Source: Deferribacterales bacterium (GTDB lineage Bacteria; Chrysiogenota; Deferribacteres; Deferribacterales; Geovibrionaceae). From it: a DNA stretch of 64,000 nucleotides. The notes under the pieces are model-generated. The model worked only from the letters and a program-made list of their open reading frames with translations, had not been told where the DNA came from and did no database searches. This document shows positions 59,631 through 64,000 of the stretch, in pieces (positions within the stretch are counted from its first letter, which is position 1; the number at the start of each line of letters is the position of its first letter). The stretch is from assembly GCA_050253075.1 (NCBI GenBank), contig JBFWJS010000007.1:96001-160000 (forward strand), in the 5' to 3' direction. Position numbers and translations under genes: made by a program.

Positions 59631-60476
59631 ATGACCAAAGTTTCCAAACTGATTATGTTTGCTGCTTTAATGGCTGCACTCGTTGTTACAGGCTGTTCTA
59701 AACCGCCGGTACAAGAGATGGACAACGCTAAGGCTGCTATGAAAGCTGCACAGGAAAGCGGTGCAGAGAAATGTGCGTCTGAAGAGTACGCAAGAGCAAA
59801 GGCGGCTGTTGCTGCTGCAGAAGCTAAAATGGCTGAAGCAGAGCAGAGCGGCGATAAAGGTGCTCTTTACAAAGAAGCTAAAGAAGAGCTTCTCGCAGCT
59901 ATCGCTGATTTCGAGAAGGCTAAAGAGATCGCCGGTGAGCGTTCTAAGATAAATGATAAAGCACAAGCTGAGCTTGATGCTGTTAAAAAGAAGCTGAATG
60001 CTGCCGCTGCTGAAGATGGCCAGTACTCACCTTCCTATACAGAAGCTGAGGCTAAAATAGCTAAAGCTCAGGCACTCATCGACGAGTGTGAAGGCGAGAA
60101 AGCACTTGCTGTTCTCCAGCAGGTATCTATCGACAGCGATAAGATCCAGCAGGAGATCGTAGAGGGCAAAGCTGCTGCTATGAAAGCTGAAGCTGAGCGT
60201 AAAGCTAAGCTGAGAGCTCAGATGCTCGCTGCTCAGACAGAGGACTACAAAGTTACTAAGGGTGACAACCTCTGGAACATCTCTAAAGCTAAGTACATGA
60301 ACCCATTTATGTGGCCACTCATTTACTGGTCAAACAAAGAGATGATCAAAGATCCTGACCTCATTTTCCCTGGCCAGATCTTTAAGATCCGTAAATACTT
60401 CGAAGATGATGAGAAAGCTAAGGCTGACAACTTCGCAAGAACAAGAGGACCTTGGTCACTCTTCGACGGAAAGTAA
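59631..60476 (+). CDS. Lipoprotein with Ala-rich DUF4398-like helices and a C-terminal LysM domain
   Basis: Lipobox VVTG-C; YKVTKGDNLWNI...WPLIY..N..IKDPDLIFPGQ. Confidence 0.88.
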   Translation: MTKVSKLIMFAALMAALVVTGCSKPPVQEMDNAKAAMKAAQESGAEKCASEEYARAKAAVAAAEAKMAEAEQSGDKGALYKEAKEELLAAIADFEKAKEIAGERSKINDKAQAELDAVKKKLNAAAAEDGQYSPSYTEAEAKIAKAQALIDECEGEKALAVLQQVSIDSDKIQQEIVEGKAAAMKAEAERKAKLRAQMLAAQTEDYKVTKGDNLWNISKAKYMNPFMWPLIYWSNKEMIKDPDLIFPGQIFKIRKYFEDDEKAKADNFARTRGPWSLFDGK

Positions 60477-60499
60477 GAGAACCTCTCATACTATAAACG

Positions 60500-60532
60500 A
60501 AAGGCGGGTACGTTTTGTATCCGCCTTTTTTT
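60500..60532 (+). terminator. Intrinsic terminator
   Basis: AAAGGCGGGTAC-GTTTT-GTATCCGCCTTT plus U run. Confidence 0.85.
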
Positions 60533-60591
60533 ATTTCTACACATCATTTTATGCTGCTTTGAAAAAGCCTCAAGGCGGTTACTAGACGTCT

Positions 60592-60629
60592 GAGACTCTC
60601 ACGTCAGGCTTTGCCTTCCTCAGAGTGAC
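60592..60629. repeat. Possible REP-like element, single copy in this window
   Basis: GAGACTCTCACG...CCTCAGAGTGAC, between two convergent terminators. Confidence 0.3.
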
Positions 60630-60662
60630 GCTTACCATTATATAACCCGGATAATTTTAGAT

Positions 60663-60695
60663 AAAAAAAGAGGGGACAGCAGATACTATCCCCTT
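60663..60695 (-). terminator. Terminator for the gamma-CA gene
   Basis: AGGGGATAG...CTGTCCCCT then CTTTTTTT on minus. Confidence 0.7.
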
Positions 60696-60733
60696 AAGAT
60701 TTTAATATTATGATTAGTCAGATGCTATCTTTA

Positions 60734-61264
60734 CTATGCTTTTTCACAGCCCTCTGAGAGGTACAGAGCCTTATATTTCACATATCTGTCGGCATAGTCT
60801 CTTATGCCCTTTATATCGTCTTCATTCAGTGTCTTAGCGACCTTTGCAGGGCTGCCCATAAGCAGAGAGTTCGGAGGGAATACCTTTCCAGGCGGAACAA
60901 GTGTGCCCGCTGCCACGATGCTGTTTTCGCCTATGACAGAGTTATCCAGCACTATGGCGCCTATGCCTATCAGAACATTGTCTTTTATTGTACAGCCATG
61001 AAGCATGGCGTTGTGACCTATCGTGACGTAGTCGCCTATGACGGTAGGGTATTTATCCAGAGTGGTGTGAATGACTGTGCCGTCCTGAACATTTGAACAT
61101 TTGCCGACGGTTATCTTTTCCACGTCGCCCCTGAGGACAACATTGAACCATATGCTGGAATCGTCAGCAAGTTCAACTTCGCCAATAACATCAGCACTAT
61201 CAGCTATATATACATCTTTACCTACTGTTGGTTTTGTCTTTAATCGCCTTTTTACACTCTCCAT
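60734..61264 (-). CDS. Gamma carbonic anhydrase family (YrdA-like hexapeptide-repeat) protein
   Basis: LRGD, NVQD...H, TIGHNAMLHGC. Confidence 0.92.
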   Translation of the reverse strand: MESVKRRLKTKPTVGKDVYIADSADVIGEVELADDSSIWFNVVLRGDVEKITVGKCSNVQDGTVIHTTLDKYPTVIGDYVTIGHNAMLHGCTIKDNVLIGIGAIVLDNSVIGENSIVAAGTLVPPGKVFPPNSLLMGSPAKVAKTLNEDDIKGIRDYADRYVKYKALYLSEGCEKA

Positions 61265-61421
61265 TTTTGCCCCTCTTAAATTGTAATATTACCTGAAAAT
61301 TATCATAAAGCACTCTTGGGAAAGGTCAATATAAAATATAGTATTGACTATATATTAAATATTTTTAACAACGGATGTATGATGTCTATATATAACAGTG
61401 TAATAAAATTTAACTTACTTC

Positions 61422-61451
61422 TTGACAACGATTCTCAATTTAATATATACT
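61422..61451 (+). promoter_or_regulatory. Putative sigma70 promoter
   Basis: TTGACA-N18-TATACT. Confidence 0.6.
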
Positions 61452-61479
61452 CAACCATTACTATAAGCAGGGGTGAGTT

Positions 61480-62016
61480 ATGTCATATGGAATAAAACTG
61501 AGAGATACCAGAAAAAAACTTGGTATGACTCTCGAGGATATCTCACAAAAGACTGGATTTACAAAGAGTTTCATCAGCCAGATAGAAAACGGAAAGAACT
61601 CTCCGTCTATCGCCTCTTTGAAGAAAATATGCTATGCGCTCGGAACCACCATCAGCGAGCTGTTTGAAGACGAAAGAAACATCGTTAATATTTTCAGCGA
61701 GCCAGACTTTAAAGTTTTGAGAAACAAAAGCATTTCCATGTCTTTTCTCGCATCAAAACTTGTTAACCGCAAAATGGAACCGATACTCATCGAGCTGGAT
61801 CCATACGGTGAAACAGGTTCCGATTACTACCACCACACAGGCGAAGAGCTTGGGTATGTTATAGAGGGTGAGATCTGCGTAGTGATAGGCAATGACGAGC
61901 ATTACCTTACTACAGGTCAGTGCATCTACTTCAGCTCTAATCTGCCTCATAAGATAAGAAACAGGACAGACAAGCCTGCTGTGGCTTTCTGGGTAGGTAC
62001 TCCGCCAAGTTTTTAA
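61480..62016 (+). CDS. XRE-family HTH plus cupin regulator (second paralog)
   Basis: TLEDIS..SFISQIENG..SPS, HTGEE, PH, WVGTPPSF. Confidence 0.9.
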   Translation: MSYGIKLRDTRKKLGMTLEDISQKTGFTKSFISQIENGKNSPSIASLKKICYALGTTISELFEDERNIVNIFSEPDFKVLRNKSISMSFLASKLVNRKMEPILIELDPYGETGSDYYHHTGEELGYVIEGEICVVIGNDEHYLTTGQCIYFSSNLPHKIRNRTDKPAVAFWVGTPPSF

Positions 62017-62051
62017 ACTTGACGTACCTGCTTTAATATACTAACTTAGCT

Positions 62052-62079
62052 GTGCTTGGATCCGGAAGGACCGAGACAC
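62052..62079 (+). ncRNA. pan-motif RNA hairpin in the panB 5'UTR
   Basis: GUG-CUUGG-(A)-UCC-GGAA-GGA-CCGAG-(A)-CAC: stem with two bulged As upstream of panBCD; TTGACG-N17-TAACTT at 62019-62047. Confidence 0.75.
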
Positions 62080-62151
62080 GAGAAAAGTTTAACCTGCCTT
62101 TCACCGTGCTCGAATTGCGTCCTCCGTTACCTTGCAGCGGAGGTGTAAGAA

Positions 62152-62961
62152 GTGAGCAAATATTCAGAGCTTAAAAATTTTAACCTTAATACATTCAAAA
62201 AGATGAAAGAGGACGGTGAGAAGATCACATGCATCACCGCCTACGACTATACATCAGCTAAAATACTGGACAATGCAGGCATCGAGATGATCCTCACAGG
62301 GGACAGCCTCGGCAATGTAATGAACGGTTACGCCAACTCTATACCCGTCACAATGGAAGAGATGATATACCACGCAAAGGCCGTCAAAAGGGCTGTGAGC
62401 CGTGCTTATCTCATCGTCGATATGCCTTTCGGCAGCTTTCAGATTTCTGATGAAGAGACCCTTAGAAATGCAATCAGGCTTGTAAAAGAAACAGGGTTTG
62501 ATTCTGTGAAGTTAGAGGGCGGTAAAAATAAGGCTCCTATCGTTAAGCGTCTCACCGAAGAGGGGATCGCCGTTATGGGGCACATCGGGCTGATGCCTCA
62601 GATGGTAAATGCCATGGGCGGATTCAGAGTTCAGGGGCGTAACGGTCATGAAGCAATGCTCGAGGACGCACTCGCACTGGAAGAGGCGGGAGCATACTCA
62701 ATAGTTATAGAGGGCTGTGTCGCCGATACTGCGGAAAAGGTGTCTAAAGGCATCAAGATACCGACAATAGGCATAGGCGCAGGAGCGGGCTGTGACGGAC
62801 AGGTGCTTGTGTATCACGACGTATTCGGCCTGTACGACGACTTCACGCCGAAATTCGTAAAACAGTACGCAGACGTTAAAAGTGTCATCACAGACGCATG
62901 TAAGCAGTATATCGATGAGGTTAAATCCTCAAAATTCCCAAGTAAAGAATATTCATACTAG
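62152..62961 (+). CDS. panB: 3-methyl-2-oxobutanoate hydroxymethyltransferase
   Basis: TAYD, GDSLG, DMPF, VKLEGG, GHIGL.PQ. Confidence 0.97.
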   Translation: MSKYSELKNFNLNTFKKMKEDGEKITCITAYDYTSAKILDNAGIEMILTGDSLGNVMNGYANSIPVTMEEMIYHAKAVKRAVSRAYLIVDMPFGSFQISDEETLRNAIRLVKETGFDSVKLEGGKNKAPIVKRLTEEGIAVMGHIGLMPQMVNAMGGFRVQGRNGHEAMLEDALALEEAGAYSIVIEGCVADTAEKVSKGIKIPTIGIGAGAGCDGQVLVYHDVFGLYDDFTPKFVKQYADVKSVITDACKQYIDEVKSSKFPSKEYSY

Positions 62962-62968
62962 GCGAAAA

Positions 62969-63814
62969 ATGAAAGTAATAGAAACAGTTAAAGAAACCAA
63001 AGCGGTTATAAAAGCTCTCAAAGCAGAAGGGAAAACAGTGGGGCTTGTGCCTACGATGGGCTTTCTTCATGCAGGCCATGCCAGCCTTGTTAAAGAGAGC
63101 GTTGCGAATAATGACGTAACGATCGTTAGTATTTTTGTAAATCCGACACAGTTTGGCCCCAACGAAGACCTCGAGGCATACCCTAGAGACTTCGAAAGTG
63201 ATAAAGCTCTGCTGACAGAGGCGGGAGCGGACTTCATATTTTACCCTACGCCAAAGGAAATGTATCCCGAAGGGTTCAGTACTAAAGTTGCCCTTACGGG
63301 GCTGACAGAGGCTCTCTGCGGGCTTTCACGTCCGGGGCATTTCGACGGTGTCGCCACTGTTGTCACAAAGCTGTTTAATATAGCAACCCCCGACAGAGCA
63401 TATTTCGGTTCGAAGGATTATCAGCAGCTTCAGGTGATAAAGCGCATGGTAAGCGACATGAATATGGATGTGGAGATTGTCGGGATGCCTATCATACGTG
63501 AGTCTGACGGGCTCGCACTCAGCTCCAGAAATGTGTATCTGGGTGCAGACGAGCGTGAGGCGGCACTCAGCCTTTCACGTTCTTTCGATATCATACAAAA
63601 AGAGCTTGAAAACGGAGAGCGTGACGCCAAAGTTATCAGGCAGAAGGTAATAGACTTTATACACTCCCATAAGGGGACCGCTGTGGACTATGCCGAGCTG
63701 GTACACCCTGCGGAGCTGTATTCACTGGAAAGTATTAAAGGCGACTTTGTCACTGCACTCGCTGTTAAGGTGGGCAGGGCAAGGCTGATAGATAATAAAT
63801 ATTTTACTATATAA
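62969..63814 (+). CDS. panC: Pantoate--beta-alanine ligase
   Basis: [38 protein letters not shown] 62969. Confidence 0.97.
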   Translation: MKVIETVKETKAVIKALKAEGKTVGLVPTMGFLHAGHASLVKESVANNDVTIVSIFVNPTQFGPNEDLEAYPRDFESDKALLTEAGADFIFYPTPKEMYPEGFSTKVALTGLTEALCGLSRPGHFDGVATVVTKLFNIATPDRAYFGSKDYQQLQVIKRMVSDMNMDVEIVGMPIIRESDGLALSSRNVYLGADEREAALSLSRSFDIIQKELENGERDAKVIRQKVIDFIHSHKGTAVDYAELVHPAELYSLESIKGDFVTALAVKVGRARLIDNKYFTI

Positions 63815-63825
63815 AGAGGTTAGAA

Positions 63826-64000
63826 ATGCTCAGAGAAATGTTTAAATCAAAGATCCACAGAGCAACAGTAACAGATGCAGACCTTCATTATGAAGGGAGC
63901 ATAGGCATAGACGAAGACCTTATCGAAGCCGCAGGCATGAGAGAATACGAAAAGGTCGATATCTGGAACATTACAAACGGCGCACGTTTCTATACATACA
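63826..64000 (+). CDS. panD: Aspartate 1-decarboxylase (truncated by window end)
   Basis: [29 protein letters not shown]...NGARFYTY; not in the ORF track. Confidence 0.95.
   Translation, partial: MLREMFKSKIHRATVTDADLHYEGSIGIDEDLIEAAGMREYEKVDIWNITNGARFYTY

Noticed and set aside
1..64000. CRISPR arrays, tRNA/rRNA genes, IS elements, selenoprotein read-through
   Set aside because: None seen by eye; intergenic spaces are short and largely accounted for.

Overview
Mostly core-chromosome window from an anaerobic, flagellated Gram-negative bacterium; protein sequences and gene order suggest Deferribacterota (Denitrovibrio/Geovibrio-like), which is an inference. About 65 protein-coding genes; I found no rRNA, tRNA, CRISPR array, transposase or prophage. 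Housekeeping blocks: maeB; xerD-tRNA nucleotidyltransferase-phoH-ybeY-corC-era-mgtE-recO; fbp-nfo-...-proC; leuB; lptFG; fliD-fliS; ihfB; murJ-dtd; tsaB-rimI-metK-ahcY; plsC-folK; hisS-aspS; panBCD (panD truncated). Most notable: (1) a yybP-ykoY (Mn2+-type) riboswitch with a terminator and an SD-sequestering hairpin, controlling an unannotated 45-aa ORF coupled to nhaA; (2) a hydroxyproline/proline cluster (XRE-cupin regulator with a palindrome over its -10, proline dehydrogenase, P5C dehydrogenase, LIV-type ABC importer, glycyl-radical HypD, and an activase lacking a canonical in-frame start) that suggests oxidative Hyp-to-glutamate catabolism; (3) a small protein after fliS whose C-terminus resembles the flagellin C-terminal D0 helix; (4) a pan-motif RNA with an apparent alternative pairing upstream of panB; (5) a lipoamide-dehydrogenase-like flavoprotein lacking its redox disulfide; (6) a NIT+CZB chemoreceptor and a candidate maeB 3'UTR sRNA. 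All calls are by eye and from recalled motifs; no database search or folding program was run.
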